Shown here piece by piece: positions 1 through 12,873 of a DNA stretch of 64,000 nucleotides. The stretch is from Eledone cirrhosa (taxonomy: Eukaryota), in the NCBI GenBank assembly GCA_964016885.1, contig OZ024740.1, positions 385,578,001-385,642,000 on the forward strand, read 5' to 3'. The position numbers and the translations under genes are program-made. Below the pieces are notes generated by a model. That model did not search any database and was not told the origin of the DNA. It saw nothing but the letters and a program-made list of their open reading frames with translations. Every line of letters begins with the position of its first letter. Positions within the stretch are counted from its first letter, which is position 1.

Positions 1-134
1 TTCTTAAGATCATAATTCTTTTATATTTGTTTGAAAACCTTTTCTTTTTTTATTTCAAACCACAAATTAACAATTATTAATTACTATATTTTAATTAGCA
101 TATTTATGAATGGAAAATATCAACTCCAAAATAA

Positions 135-260
135 TGAGTGTAATAAATATAGAGAGAGAGAGAGTGAGTGTAATAGATATAGAGAGAGTGAGTGTAATAG
201 ATATAGAGAGAGAATGAGTGTAATAGATATAGAGAGAGAGTGAGTGTAATAAATATATAG
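135..260. repeat. Short tandem repeat, unit gagtgtaata(g/a)atata(ga)n, about 5 copies
   Basis: gagtgtaata recurs five times, separated by (GA)n of variable length. Confidence 0.85.
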
Positions 261-1169
261 TTAGAAAGAGAGAAGGTTGCAGGGAAGAGGAGGAGGAAAA
301 AGTTAGGAAGTTTTACCGTTTATCTTATTTTACTCGTTGGACTTATTTGATGTCAATCGATGTTAAGTTAAATCTCAATTACTTTAATCTATCGATTGAT
401 TTCTTAAACAAAGATACCTACTTCCATGGCTCTACTAAGTTATTTAAAATAAAAATTTATAGAATTATTCAACTAAGAAATGAATACAAGAGGTTCAACC
501 CATTTCTGGCTCTCAGCACACTGAGTTCAAATTCTGTCAAAGTTGACGAAATGAAATACCAGTCCAAGGTAGTGGATTATCAGAATTGTTAGTGTCAAAT
601 AAGATATCATGTAGTAATTGGTCCAGCTTTAGTTGTTCAGAGTTCTTGGTCGGTACACTTAAACCATCATATTCAGGCCAGGTCTTTGGTTTGAGGATAA
701 CTTCTTTGCTCCCTCTGACCAGTCTTGAGAAAGTAGAGTCATGGACACATCCCTTCCCTCTCTGACCAAACAGTAAAAAGAAGTGATATTTAAGAAGATT
801 AAAAAGACTGAAGCCAGAAAGTAACAATATTTTTTTTAAGTTTCTAGTCAGGAATTGTACTATTTCTTCATTTTCCTTGTTTCAAGACATGTAAGTTATA
901 TTAAAGTTGTAAACATAAGAGGAATACTAATTTACACAGTTTTAAATATCTTTGTTTTGAGTAGCATATCTGTTTGACATTTAATTTAAAAATACTATTT
1001 TGATAATTATTCAAAAACAAAGGCTTATTTAACTAAGCTATCGTTTTCATTCTTTTTTTTTTTACCACTCCTGAAATTAAATGCCTTTTTTGCTACTGTT
1101 AACTTATTTATCATGAGATGTTATGCAATAATAATAATAATAATGACAATAACAGCAAAACAACAATAT

Positions 1170-1200
<31 letters not shown>

Positions 1201-3519
1201 AACAATAATAATAGTAATAATATTACATTTTAATTCAGTTTTACTGAAGCAAGTCATGAAATTCAAAAGTTGAAATTAAATATATATGTATGTGTGTATT
1301 ATTATTAGAAAGAAAGAATGAATTATTATTACAGAATTATTATTACATATACAATTCCATTTTTTTTCTCTTGGTAACAAGTTTTCATTTTCTAAAGAAA
1401 AAAAATTACTTTTTAAAATTTAATCATTTTTTCCTTTAATTTTATTTAATCAAAGATATCACATTTGATATCTAAGTTTTTCCCATGTTAGATCCTACAT
1501 AGATGTGTGAGCATGTGTGTGAACACATTTACTTTGTTTCTCTTGCATTGTAAATTAATTTCAGACCCAATTGCTCAAATTATATTAGCTGTATTCATTT
1601 TACCAAACACAAACACACACTATGATTTAGTTTCCTTTTTCATTAACAAATGTGGTTCAGTAGATCTTGTTAAAAAATAAAATGCAACATCTACAAAACA
1701 AATGCTTGTATAGAATTTAGATGTCTTCTGTGCCTGTTCATCTTATAACCAACTTCTTTTTGATGTGAGATAGTACTAATTTGATATTCAATATTTTCTT
1801 TCTTTCATTTTTGCGATAAAGGATTTTTGTTTTGTCTTTGATAAATTTTTGTTAAAGAAATTTTTATTTTTTTACCTTTGGGCTTTCATTCGTCAATAAT
1901 AGAATAAATAAAAAGTAAATTAAATTAAATAAAAGTTAATAAAGAATTGAATTTGATGTAAAGTAATATTTTTTTATGAGGATAAGTAAAATTCCAAGTT
2001 TGTTCATTTCCCTTGGATGCAATTCCATTTTCTGGTAACTTGATGATTTGAGCTGGTATGTAATTCTAAATATGGAAGCAGTACTTCTGGGTTTTGTAAA
2101 CATTCACTAACTGCTCAGCTACTCATATTTTTTTCCTCCTGAAAAGGAAAGCTATACTCTTAGTTTAAATGGTGATAATTGCAAAGATTTTGATGGTTAG
2201 TTGTTTACTTCTCAGATGGTTAGTACAATTCATTGATGTTAGATTATCAGACAAAGGTAGTTCTTCATTAATGTAGTTATTTAGTTTTATCACGATGGTC
2301 TGCTTTCAAAGGTTGCTATTTGATAATCAAGGCTATTATGTTCAATATGCCATTGGTAATACAAAGATGTGAAACGAATTTGCTACTCTGATTTATTAAC
2401 ATAGAATTAATGAAGGCCTGACTAATTGGCTGATTTGAAATGATGATTAAATAGTAGTGAGTGGCTGTGAGGGTCTAGTAGGAAATGGTTGTAGAACTGT
2501 AAGGGTTAAACAATGATAATAAACGTACTTGTCACCATGAGATTACTCATTGCCATTATTTATAATGACTGATACTGTCTACGATTTTCAAATATCTTTG
2601 AAAATAATTGAGAATTGTCAAACTAGTATTTTGGAGCATAACTTAAGAATTCCTACATAAGATATTAAGATTTTTAGATAAATATAAACACTTTAAAATA
2701 AGCACTTATATATCATAGAACCAGGCTGTGAACATATCAAGCTATGTTGAACTTTCTTTGTAAAGGGGTTTGGCCTAATACTTAAGATGTCGGACTCACA
2801 ATCATAAGTTTATGCGTTCAATTCCTGGACCTACTGATGCATTGTTGCTTTTCATGTTATAACAAGGGCTATTTTATTAAAACAGCTGAGAAGCTGACTA
2901 TGAGATTGTATCTCATTAAAAACTAGCTAAACCTGTATAGGTATGAGCTGGAAATTTAATTGAATTTCCATTTTATAGAATAAGAGGTGGTTTCAGGTGG
3001 TTTCCTATCAAAGGAGTTAAGATGAAACATTTCAAATACTATTTTTTCCCTTAATTAACTATACTTTTCCATGCTGGCATGGCATTAAAACCACATTGAT
3101 TATGGTTGTTCCATAAAATAAAATTCTTTGTACAATAAAGAAATGATTTAGATTACCTTAAAAAATAGCATGGATTGCAATTATTATTTAAAAAAAAAAG
3201 AATGCACTTATAAATTTCAGTAACTAAAGAACATTTTTGAAAAGTCCTTGTAAATAAGTAGTTTTGTCATAAAATTAGACCTCATAAATAAGTTCTTTTT
3301 TTTTTTGCCATGAAATTAGGCATCGTAAATAAGTTCTTTTGCATATGTGAGCAATTTGAAATTTGTTTCAATATATTTTCACAGTTCTGTCTGAGATTTT
3401 GTTGATATTGAAACATAGAAAACCTTTAGACATTTGAATACACATTTCTAAATATACATTTTACAGGCAAGCATCTACCATTTTCAGATGGAAAATAATA
3501 TAAATGTATTCGTGAGTGA

Positions 3520-3655
3520 ATAACGTCCCTTTACTATCTGAGTTCAAATCCCGCCGAGGTTAACTTTGCCTTTCATCCTTACGGGGTTGATAAAATAAAG
3601 TACCAGTAATGTACTGGGTAATCCCTGGCCTTGTGCCAAAAGTAGAAACAATTAT
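3520..3655 (+). mobile_element. tRNA-derived SINE, partial (resembles octopus OR-type SINEs)
   Basis: B-box-like ctgagttcaaatccc followed by gaggttaactttgcctttcatcc...gataaaataaagtaccagt. Related copies at ~500-585, 28500-28660, 46345-46545, 43855-44040 (-) and 59330-59800. Confidence 0.65.
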
Positions 3656-4157
3656 ATTATAATAATAATATTAATATTCAGTTTGTTTGCAAGCAAACTG
3701 CCTATTAACCCCATGTGTGTTTTCTAGATGACCATATCCTTTTGTTCTAGCGGTAGCTGAGAGAAAACATAATATTAATGTTTCTCATATCTACTATCTA
3801 ACAAAATTAAAAAGAGTTCTTTTGGCTTAGATGCTTTGTATTTAGATGATTTTCTGTTTCTGAATCTCCTCTTTAGCTTTCAAGGAACAGTTGTTATTTT
3901 GAAATCTGTTCCATATTACTGTAAAAATGTAAAAAGGAAGGTAATATTGTTGTAGAAATAAGATTCCACCCTGTAATTATAAGTTTAGTTAATGTTAAGT
4001 TTAACCTTTTCCCCAACATCAACTTTGAACATACGTGAGTACTTAGTAGTTAAACTCAAACGTATGATAGCAAATGTATCTGATTTTCAAGTATACATCA
4101 GGATCAAAACATTCAAATAATCTTGACAAGGTTTGATTACACGAACACACACACACA

Positions 4158-4234
4158 CAGGGTGTCCTAATAAATGTATACATACTTCAACAGCATTCTA
4201 ATCAAAGTATGTATATATTTTTGGGGACACCTTG
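4158..4234. mobile_element. Tiny Tc1/mariner-type MITE (77 bp)
   Basis: Imperfect ~30-bp TIRs cagggtgtcctaataaatgtatacatactt / aagtatgtatatatttttggggacaccttg, followed by TA. Confidence 0.65.
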
Positions 4235-4584
4235 TATATAAACAGACACATGCACCCCCCACACACACACACGATACATTTAATGACAGTATATCCACAA
4301 TTTATAATCCTCACTGAAAGTTTTAAACAAGTGTGAAAGTCTGCAACTCAATGTTGGTCTAACTCTTTTATTACATCCCTATCACTTTTTGCTATTACTC
4401 TATTTCCATAATATATTTAACCTGGAAAACCCTTTTCTCTCCTTTCCAGACAGTGTAAATATTTTCATTAATACACTTTGTTTACACTTTCCTGCACATT
4501 TGTTGTCTTTCACCTGCCTTCTTTTTATTACTTTTTATTTAATTTGATCAATTGCTTCGTTCCTCAAACTATTTTTGTCATTTT

Positions 4585-4686
<102 letters not shown>

Positions 4687-4767
4687 AAGATTCCGTTAAA
4701 GGTGAAAGCAGCGATTCTTTGCTTAAACTTTAATCTGTTATTTTAATAAATACATATATATATATAT

Positions 4768-5240
4768 CATCATCATCATCATCATCGTTTAACGTCCATC
4801 TTCCATGCTAGCATGGGTTTGGACAGGAATTTTCCCACTTGAGGCAAGATTGGTTGTCTTGCTCGTATAGGACTGTCTGGCGGGTTTTCTACGGCTGGAT
4901 GCCCTTCCTAACACTAACCTCGTTTACAGTGTGGACTGGGAGGTTTTTACCATGTTACCTACATGGCCACATTACAGCGTGGACTGTGTGTTTTTTGGTC
5001 GTGACACCTACACGACCTCATTTATTTAGGACTGGATGTTGTGGTACCAACATAACTTTACATCGAAAAGGGTGGTGTGGATGGGGTTGGGGTAGTGGGA
5101 CGGAAGTGTATTTTTGTTAAGAGGTGCCTACTGACTGTAGGTTTCACTTTGTACTTAGGCAAGGCGGGTCTTCTGTATTACTGCGTAGCGCCAAAGATCT
5201 CGGTCCAGTGACATTGTCTTGGAGAGGTGTAAGTGTGTGA
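4768..5240 (-). mobile_element. RTE LINE family A, 3' fragment
   Basis: Reverse complement matches the ORF end and 3'UTR at 11160-11620; (GAT)n tail at the left end. Confidence 0.9.
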
Positions 5241-5433
5241 AACTAACAAAGGACTTTGTTAGTTTCAGAAGATCTCGTTAAGGGTGAAAGCAGAAATTCT
5301 TTGCTTAAACTTTAATCTGTTATTATAAGTAGCACTCTACAGTTTGTAGGACTGGAGTATAAATAATATAAGATCGAAAGATGGTTAAAAGAGTTCCAAC
5401 TATTTTATTATGCGCATTTCAAAAACAAATATC

Positions 5434-5515
<82 letters not shown>

Positions 5516-5717
5516 TTCGTTTCTGAATTTGTTTAGCAAGATTCTTTATCTGAAAACGTGTGTTGAAACTGATATTGTTATACTTTGGGAGGGTCATTTT
5601 GCCAATAAGAAACACACGCACCAGTTGCTTTCACTTCAATTTATTATAATAAATTTAGGAATTTATAAATTCCCGGTTGGTTGGTTGGTTCCACAACCAG
5701 ATGGTTGTTTATATATT

Positions 5718-5760
5718 GTCAAAGTTCTTTCGTCACACATTCTGTGACCTCTTCAGTGAC
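5718..5760 (-). ncRNA. Minimal type I hammerhead ribozyme (Penelope pLTR family 1)
   Basis: Minus strand reads gtca-CTGAAGA-g-GTCACA gaatg TGTGAC-GAAA-g aa c-TT-tgac. It lies ~200 nt downstream of the PLE stop codon. Confidence 0.75.
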
Positions 5761-5962
5761 TGGGGATTCTTTTCCAAGTTTTTTGTGCCTCTCCTTTGTT
5801 CTGTCCTACACCATTTTGTTTTTGTGTGTACGTTGTGTGCTTAGTTTGCGCATGTGTTACATCCGGGTGTCTGTGTGTGTTTATATTCGTTTATTTATTT
5901 GTTTATTTACATGTTACTGGTTGGTTGTTTGTTCTATGTGCGTGTGTGTTTTCATTTTGTCC

Positions 5963-7192
5963 TTAATTGTAAGTTGTGATGTTGCTGTTCCACTCATGTT
6001 TTCTATTTAATTTTGGTTGTAATTCATTTATGTTTATTGCCTCTGTGATTTGTCTAAACATTGCGTCTTTTCTGTTTGTAGATTCTATTTTTATTTCTAT
6101 GTTCTCTAATTTCCCCTTATGTTCTATTTTAGCATGTTGGTAGAGTACAGATGATTCTTTACTATCTTGAAGGTCTCGCCAGTGTTCATTTATCCATTCC
6201 CCTATACTACGAGCTGTCTCACCTATGTACACTATATTTTTATCTCTACATTGTCCTTCAGTACATCTTATGCTATATACTACATTTCTAGTTTTACAGT
6301 TAATATGGGGGCTTAATTTACAGATTATACATTTCTTATCTATACAGGGAGGTCTTTGAAAAAGGTATGTCTTGCTAATAAGTGTTTTTATGGAGGTACC
6401 TGGTCTTTCTACTATCTTAATATTGAGTTTATGTTTATCTAGGGCCCTTCTAAATTTGTAAGCTAATTCACCTCTAGGGGTTGTATCGATAAACATTACA
6501 CTCTGGTATTTATTGCTATCATACCATGAGTTTATTCTATTTGCCTTATTCCTAGTTCTTTCTATTCTATTCCAAAATTTGCTCCTATACAAGGGGCAGG
6601 TCCCATTTATGTCATTATTTACCATTTTTTCCCATTTGGTTCTGGCTCCTCTATACACTCTGATTTTATCCCTCTGATTGTAACCAGAGACCTGCATACG
6701 GTGGATGAAGTGTTGTATGTGTCTCTCTAGTTCTTCAGGGTTGCACATACGGGACACGTTTCTCATCACCCGTACCAAATCCGCAATCAGTATGTTGATT
6801 TTGGTATGGTCCGAAACAGCTGAGTTTCGGTGGATCAGATATTTGGAAGTCATGGGTTTGGCATAATGGGAATGGAGGATTTGTTTTTTGTTATTAATGG
6901 TATCTAACCAGAGCTCTGTGTCTAATACAGGTAATCGATGGTTGGGGTGTTTGCTTGGGTAGTCTATAGTAACTCTAATACTCTGGTGGATGGAGTTAGC
7001 TATTTGCTGGATTCTTTCCATTGTGTTTTTCTCTAATTCCTGACTGTTCGCTAGTGGGGGTGTCTTAACTACGATGTTTATATCATCAACGTAGCGGGAG
7101 TACATTATCAGCGTTAAGGGGTCTTCTAATTGTTCTTTAAGTTTAAGTTTAAGTCTACTGTCCCACCATACCATGAATAGGTTAGCTATGTC
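5963..7192 (-). CDS. Penelope-like RT (partial) plus GIY-YIG endonuclease, uninterrupted frame
   Basis: YSRYVDDI RT motif, LPVLDTEL, Cys-rich linker (CIDKKCIIC...C), then NVVYSIRC...YIGETARS...INEH and EA..I..LQPKLN. The N-terminus of the predicted 453-aa ORF is microsatellite read-through. Confidence 0.9.
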   Translation of the reverse strand, partial: DIANLFMVWWDSRLKLKLKEQLEDPLTLIMYSRYVDDINIVVKTPPLANSQELEKNTMERIQQIANSIHQSIRVTIDYPSKHPNHRLPVLDTELWLDTINNKKQILHSHYAKPMTSKYLIHRNSAVSDHTKINILIADLVRVMRNVSRMCNPEELERHIQHFIHRMQVSGYNQRDKIRVYRGARTKWEKMVNNDINGTCPLYRSKFWNRIERTRNKANRINSWYDSNKYQSVMFIDTTPRGELAYKFRRALDKHKLNIKIVERPGTSIKTLISKTYLFQRPPCIDKKCIICKLSPHINCKTRNVVYSIRCTEGQCRDKNIVYIGETARSIGEWINEHWRDLQDSKESSVLYQHAKIEHKGKLENIEIKIESTNRKDAMFRQITEAININELQPKLNRKHEWNSNITTYN

Positions 7193-7340
7193 TATATGTA
7201 TATATATATATATATATATACACATACACACACATATATATATATACATATATATATATATGTATATATATATATGTAGGAGGTGAGTTTTATTGTAGCA
7301 CAATAAAACAAAGCTTAGTAACACTCTACAGTTTGTAGGA

Positions 7341-7422
7341 CTGGAGTATGAATAATATAAGATCGAAAGATGGTTAAAAAAGTTCCAAGTATTTTATTAT
7401 GCGCACTTCAAAAACAAATGTC

Positions 7423-7455
<33 letters not shown>

Positions 7456-7472
7456 TACATATATATATATAC

Positions 7473-7518
<46 letters not shown>

Positions 7519-7533
7519 GTATATATATATGTA

Positions 7534-7588
<55 letters not shown>

Positions 7589-7668
7589 CATTTGTTTTTG
7601 AAGTGCGCATAATAAAATACTTTGAACTTTTTTAACCATCTTTCGATCTTATATTATTTATACTCCAG
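7341..7668. repeat. Inverted repeat (~82-bp arms) around a (TA)n tract
   Basis: ctggagtatgaataat...caaatgtca [TA]n tgacatttg...tactccag. The left arm is also a direct repeat of ~5350-5433. Confidence 0.9.
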
Positions 7669-8054
7669 GTTTTGTCCCTCGTAATATATATATATATATG
7701 TATATTACGAGGGACAAAACCTCAGAACTTGTCAACCCTTATTAAATGGTCAGTCGATTCTACGAAAATGTAATGTATTATAGAACATTTTCTTCTTGTC
7801 TCCTTAAAACCTCGTTCATTCATCCATATATATCTACAATCGTTGCTATTCTTGCTTTAAATTAATCTTCTCCACGCTGGTTCTAAATAATCTCCCTCAT
7901 TGCTAACTACCCCATATCCCTCCCGCCCCCACTCTCCACCTTTACTATTTGGACCAATCACAAGTCAACGGCCTATACTATCACTACTGGCTGCTTTTCG
8001 ATATGATGGATGGACTAAAGAATTTCTGGAGAGTCTGAAGAATCTGGACACTCG

Positions 8055-11000
8055 ATGACAATGCCAAAGATAACGACAAATTTACCTTATGCTACCGGAC
8101 GAAGGGGCAAGGCTCCCCCCTCTCTGTTTCGGCCGCGGATGGCCAACATAACCCCAAACTCATTCCCCTCACCCCTCCCTGCGCCCCATCCTCCAAACAC
8201 AATCCAAAACTTCAGAGTTGGTACCATGAACGTAGGCACCTTAAAAGGCCGCTCTAACGAGGTTGTAGAAATGCTTGAACGTAAGGAGGTTGATGTTTGC
8301 TGTATCCAAGTGACCAGGTGGAGGGGCGGGTCTGCTAGATTCATTGTGGGTAAAAAACGTTGCTATAAGCTTTTCTGGGTGGGGAATGACAATGGGATAG
8401 GTGGGGTAGGAATCATGCTAGCAGAAAAATGGGTGGATAAGATAATAGATGTAAATAGAGTGAATGACAGAATAATTAAAATAAGACTTGTTCTAAACAG
8501 AACTACTGTGACAGTAATATCTGCATACGCGCCCCAATCCGGACTGCCTGGCACTATAAAAGACAGATTCTATGAGACACTGATGCTCACTACCTCCCAA
8601 ATAACCGACAGTGACTATATAATTATTGCTGGCGACCTAAATGGTCACGTTGGACAACATTGTGACGGCTATGACGGAATCCACGGAGGCTATGGGTTTG
8701 GTACTAGAAACGAGGAAGGCTCCAGAATCCTGGAATTCTGTGATGCGAACAACCTAACTATCTGTAACACTAACTTCAAAAAACGAGACAATCACTTGAT
8801 CACCTACAGATCAGGAGAGCATACCAGCCAGGTAGATTATATCCTTACCAGAAGACGTGACAGAGTGTCTGTTGTAAACACTAAATCCCTCCCCCATGAA
8901 GAATGCACCTCCCAACATAGACTAATAATTAGTGACCTCATAGTCAGGACGAGACGTACTAGACAGCAGAAGAGGACTATCCTCAGGAGAGAAATATGGA
9001 AGCTAAAGGACCCCACAGTCAGAAATAAATTTCAAAGCATATTACTTGATGCTTTCGACAGTAAGGAAAAGCAATTACAGTCGTACAAGGTAGAGGAACA
9101 GTGGGAATTCCTGAAAGCAAACCTGCTGATGGCGGCAGACGAAGTCTATGGCTGGAGCAGGCCTGTAGGCAGGAGGAGAGTAACATGGTGGTGGAACAGT
9201 AAGGTGGAGGGGTCAATCAAGGCCAAAAAGCAGGCTTGGAAAGCATGGCGGGATGGGGGGAAGTAGAGAAGACTATCAAGTGGCCAGGAGGGAAGCTAGG
9301 AGACAAGTGTACTTCGCAAGAAGGGAAGCAGAGGAAAGAAAGTTCAAGCATGTTCTACAACGCGAGGACCAAAAACGTGAGGTGTTCAGGATTGCTAGGC
9401 AATGTGTCAAGGAAAACCATGATATTGTCGGGGAGAAGTGTGTACTTAACGATGATGGCGTACTTGCCATCACTGACACTGATAAGAAGGTAGCTTGGAA
9501 GTGTCACTACGAAAGGCTACTAAATGAGGAGAATAAATGGGAGAAATACAGTCTCCCCCACCTCGATCCAATAGAGGGACCAGCAGTGTTAGTCGAAGGT
9601 AGTATAATAAGTAAGGCAATCAAAGATATGAAGACGGGTAAGGCAGCTGGGCCTTCGGAAATAGTTGCTGAGATGCTGAAAGCCTCCGGTACGGTAGGAC
9701 ACACCATGGTCACCTGGATAGTAAACCAAGTCATACAGAATGGGTTTGTTCTGAAGGACTGGCATAGCAGCATCATCATTAACTGCTACAAGGGTAAAGG
9801 AGACGCCCTAGATAGGAGTAACTATAGACGCATTAAATTAATCGACCAGGTCATGAAGGTCACGGAAAAAGTAATAGCGCAACTAATCAGAGAGAGAATT
9901 GATCTAGATGAAATACAGTTCGGGTTTGTGTCAGGCAAAAGTACCACAGACGCTCTTTTCATTGTACGACAACTACAGGAGAAGTACCTAGCTAAAGGTA
10001 AACCCCTATACTTAGCTTTTGTCGACTTGGAGAAAGCCTTCGACAGAGTCCCCCGTTCAATTATCTGGTGGGCTCTTAGAAAACTAGGTGTTGATGAATG
10101 GCTTGTGAGAGCTATACAAGCCATGTATAAAGAAACAGTCAGCAAGGTTAGAATTAACAACGAATATAGTGAAGAGTTTAGCGTAAAAGTTGGTGTCCAT
10201 CAGGGCTCTGTTCTTAGCCCCCTACTATTTATTATTGCCCTTCAGGCTATAACAGAGGAGTTCAAGACCGGCTGCCCATGGGAACTCCTATACGCAGATG
10301 ATCTAACGCTCATAACTGAATCAATGGCCGAGCTAGAGAAGAAATTCCAAACAATGAAGCACGGCCTAGAATCAAAAGGCCTTAAAATTAACCTGGCTAA
10401 GACTAAAGTTCTAGTTTATAGGAAAGAAAATAAGGCACCGGTCCCCTCCGGGAAATCACCATGCTCAGTGTGTAGGAAAGGCGTAGGTAGAAACTCCATT
10501 TTATGTCCCAAATGCAAAGTATGGGTGCATAAAAGATGTAGTGGGATCACAGGTAAGCTAACTAAGAACACAGATTTTACATGTGGCCGGTGCTCTGGTG
10601 CAATAAGTAGCAGCAAGTGCCCACAAATACTAACTCTTTCAATTGCGCAGAGGGTTCTATAGAAATAGTTGGCAGCTTCCGTTACCTGGGTGACAAAATC
10701 AGCAGTGGGGGAGGGTGCTCTGAAAGTACAGTAGCTAGAGTCAGAACTGGATGGAAAAAGTTCAGAGAGCTTATACCACTATTAGCCGCTAAAGGGTTCT
10801 CCCTAAAATTGAAAGGCAGGTTGTATGATGCCTGCATACGAACAGCAGTGTTGCATAGCAGTGAGACCTGGGCATTGTGTGCAGAGGATATACGTAGACT
10901 AGAGAGGAATGAAGCTTGCATGCTCCGCTGGATGTGTAATAGTAATATACGTGAACGGCAAAGCATAAACGAACTTAGGAAAAAATTAGAAATAAGAGGG

Positions 11001-11246
11001 ATCAGATGTTGTTTACTCGAGAGAAGGCTACGTTGGTATGGTCACGTGATGCGCATGAAAGACGACAGCTGTATAACAAAGTGCAGGGCAATAAAGATAG
11101 ATGTTAGCCACGGAGTAGGCAGACCCAGGAAAACCTGGGACGAGCTGATAAATTCCGCCCTCACACACTTACACCTCTCCAAGACAATGTCACTGGACCG
11201 AGACCTTTGGCGGTACTCAGTAACAGAGAAGACCCACCTTACCTAA
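8055..11246 (+). pseudogene. RTE ORF (AP endonuclease - RT - PHD-type finger - C-terminus) split by two frameshifts
   Basis: APE motifs GTMNVGTL, SAYAPQ, AGDLNGHVG, SQVDYIL and SQHRL. RT motifs FVDLEKAFDRV, GVHQGSVLSPLLF and YADD. Comparison with the 52.4-54.9 kb copy shows +1 G at 9255-9260 and -1 A at ~10625. Confidence 0.92.
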
Positions 11247-11625
11247 ATACAAAGTAAAACCTACTAGTCAGTAGGCATCTCTAACAAAATACACCCCCGT
11301 CCCACCCCATCCACACCGCCCCCTTCAATGCAAAGTTATGTTGGTGCCACAACATCCAGGCCGAAATAAATGAGATTGTGTAGGTGTCACGACAAAAAAG
11401 ACACAGTCCACGCTGCAATGCGGCCGTGTAGGCAACACGGTAAAAACCTTCCAGCCCCACACTGTAAATGTGGTTGGTGTTAGGAAGGGCATCCAGCTGT
11501 AGAAAACCCGCCAGACAGTCCTATGCGAGCAAGACAACCACTCTTGCCTCAGGTGGGAAAACCCCCGTCCAAACCCATGCAAGCGTGGAACAGGGACGTT
11601 AAACGTTGATGATGATGATGATGAC
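8055..11625 (+). mobile_element. RTE-clade LINE family A, near full length (5' boundary uncertain)
   Basis: APE plus RT ORF, 3'UTR, and (GAT)n tail at ~11605-11623. Confidence 0.95.
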
Positions 11626-11653
11626 ATATATATATATATATATATATATATAA

Positions 11654-11735
<82 letters not shown>

Positions 11736-11754
11736 TTATTTTTTATATATATAC

Positions 11755-11855
<101 letters not shown>

Positions 11856-11996
11856 TATATATATATAAGGATTAGAATACTGGAGCGTGTTGGAGTTAAA
11901 CACCCTCTTCGTATTATAGAAATGACAGTAAAAGGTATAGCTCAATGCAGTTAAGCAGAGCCAAAAAATTTATATATATATATATATATATATACA

Positions 11997-12046
<50 letters not shown>

Positions 12047-12047
12047 C

Positions 12048-12095
<48 letters not shown>

Positions 12096-12279
12096 TTATA
12101 TATATATATATATATATTGTTATACTTTGGGAGGGTCATGTTGCCAATAAGAAACACACGCACCAGTTGCTTTCACTTCAATTTATTATATATTTATAAA
12201 TTTATAAATTTACAAATCTACAAACTTATAAATTTCTGGTTGGTTGGTTGGTTCCACAACCAGATAGTTGTTTATATAT

Positions 12280-12324
12280 AGTCATAGTCCTTTCGTCACA
12301 CACTCTGTGACCTATTCAGTGACT
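12280..12324 (-). ncRNA. Hammerhead motif with core variant CUGAAUA (likely inactive)
   Basis: agtca-CTGAATA-g-GTCACA gagtg TGTGAC-GAAA-g ga c-TA-tgact. Confidence 0.65.
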
Positions 12325-12828
12325 GGGGATTCCTTTCTTTGTTTCTGTGCCTTTCCTTTCTTCTGTCCTACGCCATTTTGTTTCTGTGTGTGTGTTGTGT
12401 GCTCAGTTTGCGCATGCGCCACATCCGGGTGTCTGTGTCTTTTATGCTTACTGCCTCTGTAATAGAACACAGGGGTAAATTAGAGAACATAGAAATAAAA
12501 ATAGAATCCACACACAGAAAAGATGCAATGTTTAGGCAAATTACAGAGGCAGTAAGCATAAAAGAATTACAACCAAAATTAAATAGAAAATGAGTGGAAC
12601 AGCAACATCACAATTTACAATTAAGGACAAAATGAAAACACACCCACACATAGAACAAACAACCAACCAACAATAAATAAATAAATAAACAAATAGATAA
12701 ATGATCACAAACACACACAGACACCCGGATGTGGCGCATGCGCAAACTGAGCACACAACACACACACAGAAACAAAATGGCGTAGGACAGAAGTAAGGAA
12801 AGGCACAGAAACAAAGAAAGGAATCCCC

Positions 12829-12873
12829 ACTCACTGAAGAGGTCAAAGAGTGTGTGACGAAAGGACTATGACT
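12829..12873 (+). ncRNA. Hammerhead motif, intact core, one mismatch each in stems I and II
   Basis: actca-CTGAAGA-g-GTCAAA gagtg TGTGAC-GAAA-g ga c-TA-tgact. Confidence 0.65.

Larger units (their letters stand above)
5514..7192 (-). mobile_element. Penelope-like retroelement, 5'-truncated, with 3' pLTR
   Basis: Encodes RT C-terminal half plus GIY-YIG endonuclease. The 3' end (...caaattcagaaacgaaata) abuts (TA)n, and the pLTR recurs at 12.1-14.1, 17.5-18.0 and 19.8-20.06 kb. Confidence 0.92.

Noticed and set aside
537-827. 96-aa minus-strand ORF
   Set aside because: No recognisable domain, non-ATG start, and it ends within a SINE relic.
5262-5390. Possible HHR (agaagatct...agatcgaaa)
   Set aside because: There is no CUGANGA core and no convincing stem III or stem I.
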